The notes beneath the pieces were generated by a model. The model saw nothing but the letters and a program-made list of their open reading frames with translations, had not been told where the DNA came from and made no database searches. Position numbers and translations under genes: made by a program. Source: Octopus sinensis (Eukaryota). Taken from it: DNA of 64,000 bases. Shown piece by piece: positions 42,485 through 54,624 of the stretch (its first letter is position 1; every line of letters begins with the position of its first letter). The stretch lies in contig NC_043012.1 of the NCBI RefSeq assembly GCF_006345805.1, positions 12,648,001 through 12,712,000 of the forward strand, given 5' to 3'.

Positions 42485-43635
42485 CATTTATTAGAGGCCT
42501 CAAGAATATTACGACTATTCGATTCCACTAATATTTACCGGCTGGCTCATTGTGTATATTTCTTTATATATGTGAGTTATGCATACACATATAAGCGTAC
42601 ACGTTCTTTGTATGAGCTGTTTCAAACCTATGGTGTGTACAGAATAAATAAGACATCATGCCAATATTCGTTAAATAAAACACGAAAAGACATCAACTTC
42701 AATAGAACATAATGTGGCACTAGAATCGGTATTCTATTATAATAATAACATAAGAATCATTAGTAGATGTGCTAAACAATGCTAAACTGCACCGCTACGA
42801 CAACCTGATAGCATTTTAGCCAAAGAAAATATTTTCTTTTGTCGCTAAAGAAAACTTGGCGCCATTTCATTAGCAAAATGTAGAGACGCCGCGTAATTGA
42901 ATTCATTTCAAGAAATACATTATTGACCAAACTGTTGAAAAATTTTGCCTCATAGCGTTGTTAAGAGAAATAACGACGGCTGTGAAACATTTGTTTTCTT
43001 CCAGCTTATAGCTATATGTGTCTTGGGAAATAAAGTTTAGAAAAATGACGTACTGGCAGAATGCAAAGATACTTTGAACAGATTACAGTCGAAAATTGTT
43101 TATCAAATATCACCAATCAGCTGCCAAAGCAAAGCTTACAGGGACTACACATGATGTAGTCCCAGTAAGCAACGGTCATCTGGGTGGATGCAGAGCCAGC
43201 AACGATTGCCTCAAGGCTGTTGGTCAGAGGGTGCCATCCGTTAGTAGGGTGGGTGCGTCATGATAACTGGATACAATCTGAGACGTCTAGTTGAGAGGGC
43301 TTGATGTTGAAAGACACGAAAATCCTAGTGTCCCTTGTAGATATCACTGAATATGTTTCATACGATGATGTACTGAATAACGTTCTGATGCAGATATTCT
43401 TGGTAAATAAATAAATGTTATTAACTAAACATAAATATTTTTCTCCATATGTCAATTAGATTGATATATTTAAAAGGATATGATAGACAAATACTGAAGA
43501 CTTCATAAAAAAATTCAAGTTTACCTCCCAAATTTCTTTGTGTGTCTGGGGATGTATGTGTGCAGGGGTGTGTGGGTGTGCATATATGCGTATGTGTCTG
43601 TGTAAAGTGTATCTGCGTGATTTTGTAGTCGTGTA

Positions 43636-44917
43636 CGAGAGACGTTCAATAAGTAATACCCCTGACCCATTTGCAGTTGTTTATCTAGCTGAAATTTTGC
43701 ATGTGCAATTATTTATATCTCTATAGATTTAGTGGCGAATTACAGCTCTGAACTAATTGGGGTTTCTGATTTACAGGTGTTTGGACTGAGTCAAGTGTGA
43801 AATGGAGCCTGTTGAGTGTTGAGCAGTGATCCGGTTTTTGTATTTGAAAGGACGCATACCACGGGATACTTTTGATGAAATGACAGTAACTTATGGTGAT
43901 GATGCCCCATCATATGACCTTGTAAAACGCTGGCATCGTGAATTCAAGCATGGTCGGAACTCTGTGGAAACAGCTCCCAGATCTGGTCGCCTCACTTCTG
44001 CCATTGATGAGGCATGTGTCCCTCAAGTTGAGGCTGCCATTTTGGAAGATCGACGCATAACTATTCGCCAAATAGCCCATGAGATCAAGATTCGTACCGG
44101 GTCTGTGGAAACTATCATTCATGACCATTTGCATGTGCAAAAGGTGTCTGTCAGATGGATTCCCAGGCTGCTCACACCTTTCCAGAAGCAAGAACGCGTC
44201 GAGTGCTCGAGGAGGAATTTGGAAATGTGCCAAGAAGATGAGTCAAAATTTTTCAAAAGACTGATTACACAGGATGAAACCTGGGTCCATCACTATGATC
44301 CAGAGACCAAAGCTCAGTCAATGCAGTGGAAGCACCTTGACTCACCACCTCCAAAGAAGGCAAGGGCGCAGCCCTCCGCTGGTAAGGTCATGCTCACAGT
44401 CTTCTGGGACCAGGACGGAGTAGTGATGACAGATTTCCTGGCAAAGGGTATCACAATTACAGGAGCCTATTATGCTTCACTTCTGAGGAAATTAAGAGAA
44501 GCTATCAAAATCTAGAGGTGGGGCAAATTCAGCAAAGGCATCCTCCACCTGCAGGACAACGCTCCGGTCCACAACTCGCGTGTCGCCAGATCAAAAGCAC
44601 AGGCGTGCGGCTATGAACTCCTCCCCCATCTCCTGACCTTGCACCCTCTGATTTTCACATCTTCCCACACATGAAGTTGTTTTTGAAAGGAAAGCGTTTC
44701 CCAGATGATGCAACCTTGATTTCTGAAGTCACGTCGTGGTTGGAGGACCAAGCTGGGGTTTTCTACAAAAACAGTCTCCAGAGCTGCATCAAACAATGGG
44801 AGAAATGCGTAACTCTAGGTGGTTCCTATGTGGAAATAGACTAATAACTGTGCCAAGTTTCGTTGCTCTACTGCTATGGGAAGTGGGTCAGGGGCATTAC
44901 TTATTGAACGCCCCTCG
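43636..44917 (+). mobile_element. Near-full-length mariner (D,D34D, irritans-like), transposase pseudogene
   Basis: ~35-bp TIRs cgagagacgttcaataagtaat../..attacttattgaacgcccctcg with TA TSDs; WIPRLLT, TQDETW, QDNAPVH; premature TAG 44513-44515; YSPD motif disrupted by a deletion. Confidence 0.95.
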
Positions 44918-45299
44918 TATATAGTACTAGGAATATATAGTTGAATGTGATGTTTTTCTTTTTAGTTACTCTCAAATTAACGTCCAAATAAACTATCGTT
45001 ATACCATTGTGTATGCATGTAAGACTTCTGCATTTAGGTCTCCTTGTATTTATGTATGTATGTATGTATGTATGTATGTATGTATGTATGTATGTATGTA
45101 TCTATGTATGTCTATATGTGACAGCGTTTGTGATTGTTAAATATATGTGTGAGTTGGTACAGTCGTGTGCTAATACTTCTATGTAGCTTTAAGCATTCTG
45201 GTTCCACGACGAAGAAAAATCCAAATAAAACAAAGAACTCAACTATATTATTGAACATTCCATTATAAGGAAATATTCAAAAAGATCAAAGTTTTCGAA

Positions 45300-45560
45300 A
45301 AGGTTTTCATAGTCTTGGTTTTGGTCAGCAGGAAGCGGTTTTCGCACAAACATGACAGCCACACGTCTCATACCCAAATCGTCAGTGCTAATGGACTGAA
45401 CTGATCCGTGACTAATCAGTACATCCTCTGATAGCTGACGGATGGTAATTCGGATGTTTCCCTTCACAGCCACATGCATATCTGCGATGTTTTTCTCAAC
45501 ACTGTCGGTTGCGGGTCTCCCAAAACGTTCGTCAATATCGCAAGAAAGCTCTGGAAGAGA
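45300..45560 (-). mobile_element. Mariner N-terminal (HTH) fragment
   Basis: DERFGRPAT..EKNI..V..NIRITIRQLSEDV.ISHGSVQSI..DLGMRRV. Confidence 0.8.
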
Positions 45561-45564
45561 ATCT

Positions 45565-45679
45565 TGGGGGTTTTGCCAGGGCATGCTTACACGCTTTGAG
45601 GAGGATGGCTGGGAAACCTTCTGGACCAGCAGCTGAGTTTGTGTCCACTTCATCTATAGCTAGTAGGACATCTTTTTCG

Positions 45680-45680
<1 letters not shown>
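45565..45680 (-). mobile_element. CR1/L2 LINE RT-proximal fragment
   Basis: SEKDVLLAIDEVDTNSAAGPEGFPAILLKACKHALAKP (GPDG motif region). Confidence 0.7.
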
Positions 45681-45712
<32 letters not shown>

Positions 45713-45906
45713 TAGGTGAATGAATTATCCTATGTTTATCGTCAGCATGGAAAATTCGTTTCACCGAAACCTGGGTAGCAAATTCACGTCAGAAAACACG
45801 GTTGAAGCGACCTGTCAAGGGTAGAAACTCCGGGTTCATGTGTAGAAATTTGTGTGTTGTATATGAATAAATGAAAGAATGGAGTCGAACGAAGATGTTA
45901 ACAAAA

Positions 45907-46003
45907 TTCCTTTACTCTCGACACATGTTTCGAAGACAGCATATTTTCATTCCGAAGGAATAAAGGGTACATTATGCAATCTTCTCATCAGGAAAGAAAA
46001 GGA
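45907..46003 (-). ncRNA. Type I hammerhead ribozyme, canonical core
   Basis: Stem I tccttttctttc/gagagtaaagga; CTGATGA (45991-45985); stem II gaagat../..gtcttc; GAAA (45931-45928); stem III ACA-TG-TGT; GUC site. Confidence 0.85.
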
Positions 46004-46449
46004 GCCTCTCTCAACAACAAGGCAAACAAAAATTTAGATGATTGCCTACATTGTGGACGTGAAGCTAATTGTTAAAATCACAGTGACTATCGTTATCATT
46101 TATATGATATAAATGATAACGATATATCATATAAATGATAACGGTTGTCACTGTGGTTTGAACAATTAGGTTCATGTGCACACCACTGCTATAGAGAAAT
46201 TCTTCCCTAAGCCTTCGAACATTCTTTCAATCAACGTACACTTCCCCTTCCCTACCTATTACTCCTTTATATCTTCCATTACCCCTACCTATCTTTGATG
46301 TCTGTCTCTCCCTCACAAACACAATCACACACACAGACACAAATGCAGTTATATACATACGCACATACACACACAAATACACGCACTCATTAACACAAGC
46401 ACACACCCACACATTTCCATACATACAGCAAACATACTGTCCCCTACAA

Positions 46450-46680
46450 CAACAGTTTGCTGGGCATTGTTGTAGAGCTGAAAAAGAGGTAATTTCTACT
46501 CTTCTCCTCTGGAAGCCCTCTACTCGCAATACCAGAGGGCGCACACTCTCCTACTCTGATGTAATCTCCAGGGATACAGGCATCCAGCAATAGGACCTCG
46601 GTAATGCCATGATGGACCGTGAAGTCTGGCGTAGCATGGTAAATTCCATTGTCTCGACCACGGTCAAACAATGAATGAAA
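46450..46680 (+). mobile_element. RTE-clade LINE 3' fragment
   Basis: QFAGHCCRAEKEVISTLLLWKPSTRNTRGRTLSYSDVISRDTG..DL.NAMMDREVW. Confidence 0.85.
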
Positions 46681-46826
46681 ACTGTCCCCTACCTATTTTT
46701 ACTTCCTCCTGCTATCCATTTTTGACGTCAATGCTTATAACGGATTTTTTTAAAAAACTCATTATCGCTTGGGTTACTATGTAGGCAATCATCTAAATTT
46801 TTGTTTGTCCTGTTGTTGAGAGAGGC

Positions 46827-46923
46827 TCCTTTTCTTTCCTGATAAGAAGATTGCATAATGCACCCTTTATTCCTTCGGAATGAAAATATGCTGTCTTCGA
46901 AACATGTGTCGAGAGTAAAAGAA
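46827..46923 (+). ncRNA. Type I hammerhead ribozyme, inverted twin of 45907-46003 (G8A, probably inactive)
   Basis: CTGATAA 46839-46845, GAAA 46899-46902, GTC 46908-46910; same stems. Confidence 0.75.
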
Positions 46924-46964
46924 TTTTGTTAACAATTCGTTCGACTCCATTCTTTCAATTATTC

Positions 46965-47006
<42 letters not shown>

Positions 47007-47015
47007 TTATATGCA

Positions 47016-47072
<57 letters not shown>

Positions 47073-48323
47073 CAGAGTGACCCCATAAAAGAATGCATTT
47101 TTCGATACTTCTTTTATTTTTCAAAATTAAGATAAAACAAATTCTATTTTAGTCTGAAATATACCTTCATTTATTTTCTACAAAGCTCTTCCATCTGCCT
47201 TGTAGACTTGCAAGATCTTTCTTCAAACCTTTACATGCCTTTGAGAAAAAATGCTCTTCCTGTATTGTTCTGGCCTCGTCTAGAGAACTCTTCTCTTTTT
47301 CTGTCCAAATGACTTTGAAGACTCCAGAATAAATAATAATCAAATGGAGCAATGTCCGGCGAATATAGTGGGTGCTCCAGCCTTTGGAATTTCATCCTCG
47401 CTGGATGTGAAAAACACACTTCGTCTTGAACAACATCTTTCGTCTGATGGAAGATCACCTGATGGAAGAACACCTTTCGTCTTGAAACCACTGATGGTAG
47501 TTTCTCTTCTAGCGCTGACTAATGCCGCTGAAGCTGCACGCAGTGGATCTCCTTTTTTATCGCTTTGCTTGGGTTGAAAGGTTAAAAATAGACTAAACCC
47601 TAAACCAAATCCCACCAAACAGTTAAAACAGCTTACGTGGGTGAAGACAGTCTTTAGCCTGAGATGCCGGTGTTTCTCCTTTCCATACCCGATATCTTCG
47701 CGGTTTGACATTTTAAAAGAGAAATCCAATCTAATTACCAGTCACTATTTGGTCCAAAAAAGGTTTATTCGGGAGACTTGACCGCAAGGCAAAGCCCACA
47801 CTCCTTCTCAGCGCGATTAGACTTGGAAAGTTTGTGAGGAACCTACTGACGCAAGTTGATGACACGCAATTGTCACTGAATGGTTGATGACCATATCCAA
47901 GCTTCTGTGCAGGTTTCGCGACAGTTGCGGTGGGATTTTGTGCCACTACCATAGTTGCAGGACTTCCTCGTCGATTTTCCAGGGCGTAGTTCCTCTTCTA
48001 GGCTCGTAATTTCTGGAACAACTGTTGACACTGGCTTAAGCTTATTGTCTGATCCCCTTATACTTTATTAATATTCCTCGCACTTTCACTTGCACCGTTG
48101 CCTCTATTGAACTCACAAATACGCCGAATATGCTCCTTTGTCACTTCCATTAAGGCTTTGAAAAAAATAACTGTTAAAATCAAACTGCACTCTTCAAAAT
48201 TTGTTTAAGAATAAGAACTAGATAACATTACTTCCTGCTTTCATAGCAAGTTAATGAAGGTAATTTATCCCCTTCCCCTCCCACTTTTAGTACAAAAACC
48301 GCATTATTTATGACATGATCCAA
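47073..48323 (-). mobile_element. Full-length but heavily degenerate mariner
   Basis: MEVTKEHIR.., LDQIVTG, LHPRK..VWWD, KVFFHQ, HPLYSPDIAPFDYYLF; diverged TIRs with TA ends. Confidence 0.85.
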
Positions 48324-49189
48324 TATATCTATGTGTGTGTGTGCATGTGTCTGTGCGTTTATTTTTGTCTATGTATCAATTTATATAATAGTACACATTT
48401 GTAAATTCAATGTTTGTTTTATGATAAAGATGATACATCATTATGAATAAACAATAATAAATAAGTCGTTTTCATTTGCCAAAACACGAAGAGACTTCAG
48501 CTATCATGGAATACAATATACCACTTGGAGAGGTATTGTGTTACTTACAATAACATTACAATGAGTATTAGACATCGAAATCAATGGTAAGCTACATTTC
48601 TATTTACTCCTAAAAACACTATAACTTTTCAGCTTTAGAATAGTTTCTTTTGCTGATAAACAATACCGCGGCGCCATTTTATTAGCGAAATAAATAAATG
48701 TTGTCTATTGGAATTCATTTCTAGATATCTTTTAATGACCTAACTTCGGAAGAATGTGCCATCATCGTATTGTAAATTGGAAAAGCGATTTCAATAATTA
48801 CAAATTTATAACATTAGTTCTAATTCAATGTTACAGGTATGTGTGTCTCGAGAATTGGAACCTCCACAATCGTCACATTTATTGAATTGTAATGGTTTTG
48901 AGACAGGCAACAGCTTAATATCATATTCTGTATGATACCGAGGAGTTAACTATCTAAATAATATTTATGTGTGTTCATTATCTATGGGTAATTTAATTAA
49001 CACGTTATTAAAATTTCAAGCCTCTTGTTGATTATTGGGAAAGCATGTAAACGCATAGATGTGATACCTGAAAATTGAATAGATTTACTCTGCAATTCAG
49101 ATGGAAACAACGTAACAGAAATACAAGGTTACCTTTCGCTTCCTCGAACAACAACACCACCCCTCCTTATTCTCATTATTATTATCATC

Positions 49190-49245
49190 ATGATCATCAA
49201 TCTTCTTCTTCTTCTTTTTCTTCTTCTTCTTCTTCTTCTTCTTCT

Positions 49246-49276
<31 letters not shown>

Positions 49277-49444
49277 ATTCTTCTTCTTCTTCCTCTTATT
49301 ATTCTTCTTCTTCTTCCTCTTCTTCTTCTTCTACTTCTTCTTCTTCTCTTCTTCTTCTTCTTCTCTTCTTCTTCTTCTTCTCTTCTTCTTTTTTTCTTTC
49401 TTCTTTTTCTTCTTTCTTCTTCTTTTTCTTCTTTCTTCTTCTTT

Positions 49445-49489
<45 letters not shown>

Positions 49490-49805
49490 TTTCTTCTTCT
49501 TCTTTTTCTTCTTTCTTCTTCTTTTCTTCTTTTTCTTCTTCTTGTTCTTGTTCTTGTTCTTGTTCTTTTTCTTCTTTCTTCTTCTTTTTCTTCTTTCTTC
49601 TTCTTTTTCTTCTTTCTTCTTCTTCTTCTTCTTCTTCTCTTCTCTTCTTCTTCATCCTTCTTTTCTCCTTTTTCTTCTTGTTTTCTTCTTCTCTTTCTTC
49701 TTCTTCTTATTCTTCTTCTCTTCTTCTTCTCCTCCTCCTCCTCCTCCTTCTTCTTCTTCTTTTTCCCCCCTGTTCTTTTTCTTCTTGTTTTCTTCTTCTT
49801 CTCTT

Positions 49806-49836
<31 letters not shown>

Positions 49837-49910
49837 TTTCTTATTATTCCCCCTCTTCCTCTTCTACTTTTCTTCTTTTCCTCCTCCTCCCTCGCCTTCA
49901 TCTGTTTGCT
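49190..49910. repeat. Long (TCT)n-based polypyrimidine tract
   Basis: Direct reading; almost purine-free on the + strand. Confidence 0.95.
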
Positions 49911-49916
49911 GTTGTT

Positions 49917-50013
<97 letters not shown>

Positions 50014-50015
<2 letters not shown>

Positions 50016-51678
50016 GTTTGACTTTTGCTTTACATTTGTACAAGTTGGCTCCGAGTCTCACCCAGAAACCTCAAGAGACAACAAGTTGGAAGTTCATGTT
50101 GGTGTTGTGCCTAGAGTGCCATATATTTGGTTTTCTACTTATTGTTGTACTATTGAATGTCTAAGAAAACATACGAAAATTATGTTTGTTTTAAAGGTTG
50201 AGATTATATAGAAAGTATTTTACGTAGGATATGAGCATTTACCATGAGCACTATCTTTTGAAGTTCTGCTATTTTGGGGTTTCCTGGTATAGGTGTTAGG
50301 GAGCAATCAAACCCTTTTCCATCATTCCCAGGGCACCTATGTCAACAGGTATTGTTTTAGTCTTCAGGTTCCACATTTTGCTGATTTCTATTTGAAGATC
50401 TTTATATTTTCTTAGGTTTTGGTAGGTCTTGAGAGATTCATTTATATCGATTGGGACAGTCATATCAATGAGGTGGCATGATATTTGTCTGAAGTCTTTC
50501 AATATGATATCTGGCCCATTCGCATCTAATTTTCTTTCAGTTTGAATAGTGAAGTTACAGAGGAGTGAGATGTGATCATTTTCAAGCAGTAGAGGTGGTT
50601 TGTGTTCCCACCAGTTTTTATTTTGGTGCAAGTTCAGGCTTTTAGAGTGAATATATTGTGCAGCTCTATCATGCTTGGCGAGATACTCTGTAGGCGTAAG
50701 AAGACTTCACTTGGATACAACATGATCAATGGTTTCATTTTGTTGTTGACATACACGACATGTTGGGCTTCTGCCGTTCTTTAATATGTTGGCCTGGTAG
50801 GTAGGCATTGATATTGAGCTGCTATGATAAGCCCTTCAGTTTCAGATTTTAAGCCAGATGCCATTAGCCATTGATGGGTCAGGGTTTTGTCAACACCAGC
50901 ATTATTCGCTCTCTTTGGGTATTTGCCATTGGGAGGTTTTTCTTGCCATTTATCAATCAGAATATCTAAGGCAGAAGTTTTAACACGAGTTTTCATGCGC
51001 TTAGCTTTTTCTATGCTTGTTTCTTGTATGTCTAATTCTGAAATTTGTTGTATTTGGAATTCACTTAGATATTCCTTTGCCTGTTTTGTTACTGAGTATG
51101 ATGCTTTCTTGTTTTTCATGTTTTGGACAAGTTTTAACATCCAGTCCTCAGAGTTTTTCAGGTAGGTGTCTAGGCCAAGTGTAGCAATCTTCATTGTTAT
51201 TGCTAGTTGTAAAAGTCCACGGCCTCCATCTTTTCTTGGCAGATAAAGTCGTTCTATATCTGCCTTAGGGTGGTGCATTCTATGCATTTTCACCAGTTTT
51301 CGTATTTTTCTGTCAAGATTACATATTTCAGTAATTGACCTGTTAACGATATTGAAACTGTAAGTCACGACTGGTATGGTAAAGCATTGATCGCTTCGAT
51401 CGTGTTTCTCGCATTCAGCTCTGCCTTGAGTATTGCTTTTACTCTGCGATAACATTCTCTCCTAATCCTTTCTTTCATCACTGAATGCCTTATTCCGTCT
51501 CTTTCAATTACCTCTAGGAATTTGTAGCTCTCCGCTGGGTCTAACTCTTTTATGACATTCTGCTGGTCAATGAAAGGCGTTAGATGTTTCTGTCATTTTG
51601 CCTTTGATAAAGGTAGCTTTTGCACATTTATCGAGGCCTAATTACATTCTGATGTCATCACTGAATTGTTTAACAACT
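50014..51678 (-). mobile_element. R4/Dong-clade non-LTR retrotransposon (RT C-terminal half + restriction-like endonuclease), 5'-truncated, frameshifted
   Basis: FSDDIRM..GLDKCAK; RLYLPRKDGGRGL; LKSETEGLIIAAQ; PDII..D..CHLIDMTVP..KYKDL..EISKMW..IPV.IGALG; flanked by (TTA)n on both sides. Confidence 0.9.
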
Positions 51679-51805
51679 ATTATGATTATTATTACTATTA
51701 TTATTATTATTACTATTATTATTATTATTACTATTATTATTTATTATATTATTATTATTATCTTATTATTATTATATTATTATAGATTATTATATCATAT
51801 TATTA

Positions 51806-51873
<68 letters not shown>

Positions 51874-52694
51874 CTACTAGTTCAACAAAGGTGAAACATA
51901 GATCGTGCTACTTTTTTTAGCAAAATGACCTACCATGTTTAAATGTACAATTTCGCATTAAAATATTTCAAAATAACTAAAAATTACAAAAGAAATTATT
52001 GCAGTGCATTGCTAAGAAAAAATATTTCTCCCTTGTTTCTCATATTTTGTTTGGGCATTCTTGTGTGGATATGTGTCTTTGTATATGTAAAATATAGTGT
52101 TATTTGAGAGTACATATAGTTATGCGCCGTACAGTGCTCTATAGCATATCTCCTAATAAATCCTGATTTACTGGCAATTAGTACTATATCTAAATTTGAA
52201 AATACAACATTTGTAAACATAATCTTTCAACTAATCTGACAGTTGTTTTAAATGATGTTAGCCAGTTACCTGTGCTAAATAACTTTTCAATTCTCAACAC
52301 AGATTATGTTTCACAAGAAAACAATTACTCTGAGACTGACAGACAACTACCTTAATACAGTTACTGCTGCTGTCAAGCTAATTTGATTTTACAACGTTGA
52401 AGCATTCATTTAGACACAATATTTGTATGCTTTCAATAACATAGCTTGGCAGTTACTTATGAGTAACAGAATATATGCTTTGGCAGAATGGTTATAAATA
52501 TTTTGGTGAACGAAGTAAAATAGAACATAAAATATATAATTGCTAAAATATTGTCTTGTGATAAATAATAACGTGAGTTTTCAAATAGTATATTAATTCA
52601 TCACAAAGTTAACAATATATAACTCATTGCAAGCATGCATGTATGTGTGTATGTATGTATGTATGTATGTATGTATGTATATATATATATATAT

Positions 52695-52733
<39 letters not shown>

Positions 52734-52759
52734 TTGTGTGTGTGTGTAATGAAAGCAAT

Positions 52760-53110
52760 AAGATGAAAAAACACAAAAGCACCGCCTTTAGTCGAGCCTC
52801 TGTAAGGCTAGTACTTATTCTATCGGTGTTTTGTGCCGAACCACTAAGTGATGGATACGTATACGTAAACACACCCAGCATCGGTTGTCAAGCGATGTTG
52901 GGGGGACAAACACAAACACACAATCACAGACATACATATACACCCACAAATATGTATATGACGGGCTTCTTTCAGTTTCCGTACACCAAATCCACTCACA
53001 AATCTTTGGTCAGCCGGAGGCTATAGTAGAAAACACTTGCCCAAGGTGCCACGCAGTAGGACTGAAACGGAAAATGTGGTTGCTAAGCAAACTATTACCA
53101 CAAAGTCACT
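52760..53110 (-). mobile_element. SINE of the 12036 family
   Basis: agcaccgcctttagtcgagc, catcggttgtcaagc, accaaatccactcacaa, cacttgcccaagg. Confidence 0.85.
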
Positions 53111-53117
53111 CCTCCTC

Positions 53118-53180
<63 letters not shown>

Positions 53181-53200
53181 AAATAATATATAATATAAAA

Positions 53201-53247
<47 letters not shown>

Positions 53248-53471
53248 ATATATATATATTTAAAAGTTATAATTTAAATATTTTAAATAATTTTAAACTT
53301 TTATATTTTTAAATTATTTTATGTATTGGCTTATGTTTTTCACTGTTTGATTTGCCTAATAGTGGTTTTATCTTTAATTTAATATAATATAATATAATAT
53401 ATTTATACTATAAAATTGGATTTAATCCTAAATCTAATTATTCCCTGTAAGTTTGGATTTATTCCTAATCT

Positions 53472-53526
<55 letters not shown>

Positions 53527-53599
53527 ATATATATATATATTATATATAAAGACTAATAGAATGAGAATAAATTTCAGGAGTCAGAGTTCATTTCGTCAA

Positions 53600-54450
53600 T
53601 ACATTTCCCAACATCGGAGTATTCATAAAAATCTACGTAAATATAAACATGTAGATACAATATAAAATTTAGAATATAAATATACTCACATGACATTGTA
53701 TGGAATTGTATGTCAGTTCTTGGAATCAAACACGGTCAAAATTGCATTAATCGGAATTGTGAAATGGATGTTTCAAAATTATTTTAAGAGAAATCAATAG
53801 GTAAATCCAGTGAAAGTTCAGATTCTTACGCCTGTTTCAAGAACAAGTGTTATGAAGTGAGCGAACCATTTCCACCCATCTCAGTTATCCACATTTCTTT
53901 CCTCGGGGGTGAATTAAGGGAATTTAAAAGATGAATAAAAATTAATATATTTAAAAATCCTTAAATTTAAAACGTTTGAGGTTGGAGCGAAAGTACATGC
54001 TGTTCGGGCGTATGAGACACAATGTAACTTCGCTTCAAGCTTAATTTTTAAAAAAATATTGTTTAAATATGTTTTTAAGATTTAAAAAATAATCTTTTAA
54101 ATTACCTACATCATCTCTGAAGAAAGAAATGTGGATAATTGTGTTGGATGGAAACGGTTCGCTCACTTCATACCACATGTTCTTGAAACAGCCGAACGAG
54201 TCCGAACTTACACTGGATTTACTTATGTATTTTTTCTTAGAATCATTTTGAACCACCCTTCCATCCATTTGATGATTTCGATGAAGGCAATTTTGACCGT
54301 GTATAAATTTCTTATTCATTCCAAACACGGACGTACAACTTCATACGATGTCATGCGAGCATATTTATGTTTTATATTTAACATTGTATCAGCATATTTA
54401 TATTTACGTTTATATTTATGAAGTATTCCGATGTTGGGAATATATTCACA
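53600..54450. repeat. Diverged fold-back element, ~400-bp arms
   Basis: 53600-54000 aligns to the reverse complement of 54020-54450 (e.g. ttcccaacatcggagta / tattccgatgttgggaa; gaagtgagcgaacc / ggttcgctcacttc). Confidence 0.8.
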
Positions 54451-54570
54451 AAAAAAATCTAACTAATTTTTATCTCTTTCTAATGATCTTTATATTTCAT
54501 GATGCTCTGTTAATTCGAGCGCTAGTTTGTTGTGCTGTACAGTGAGTTGGTCTCCTTCCTATTGGTTGTC

Positions 54571-54624
<54 letters not shown>

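Noticed and set aside
49075-50211. 378-aa and 324-aa ORFs of S/F/L runs
   Set aside because: Produced by stop-free (TCT)n and (TAT)n repeats; no domain content
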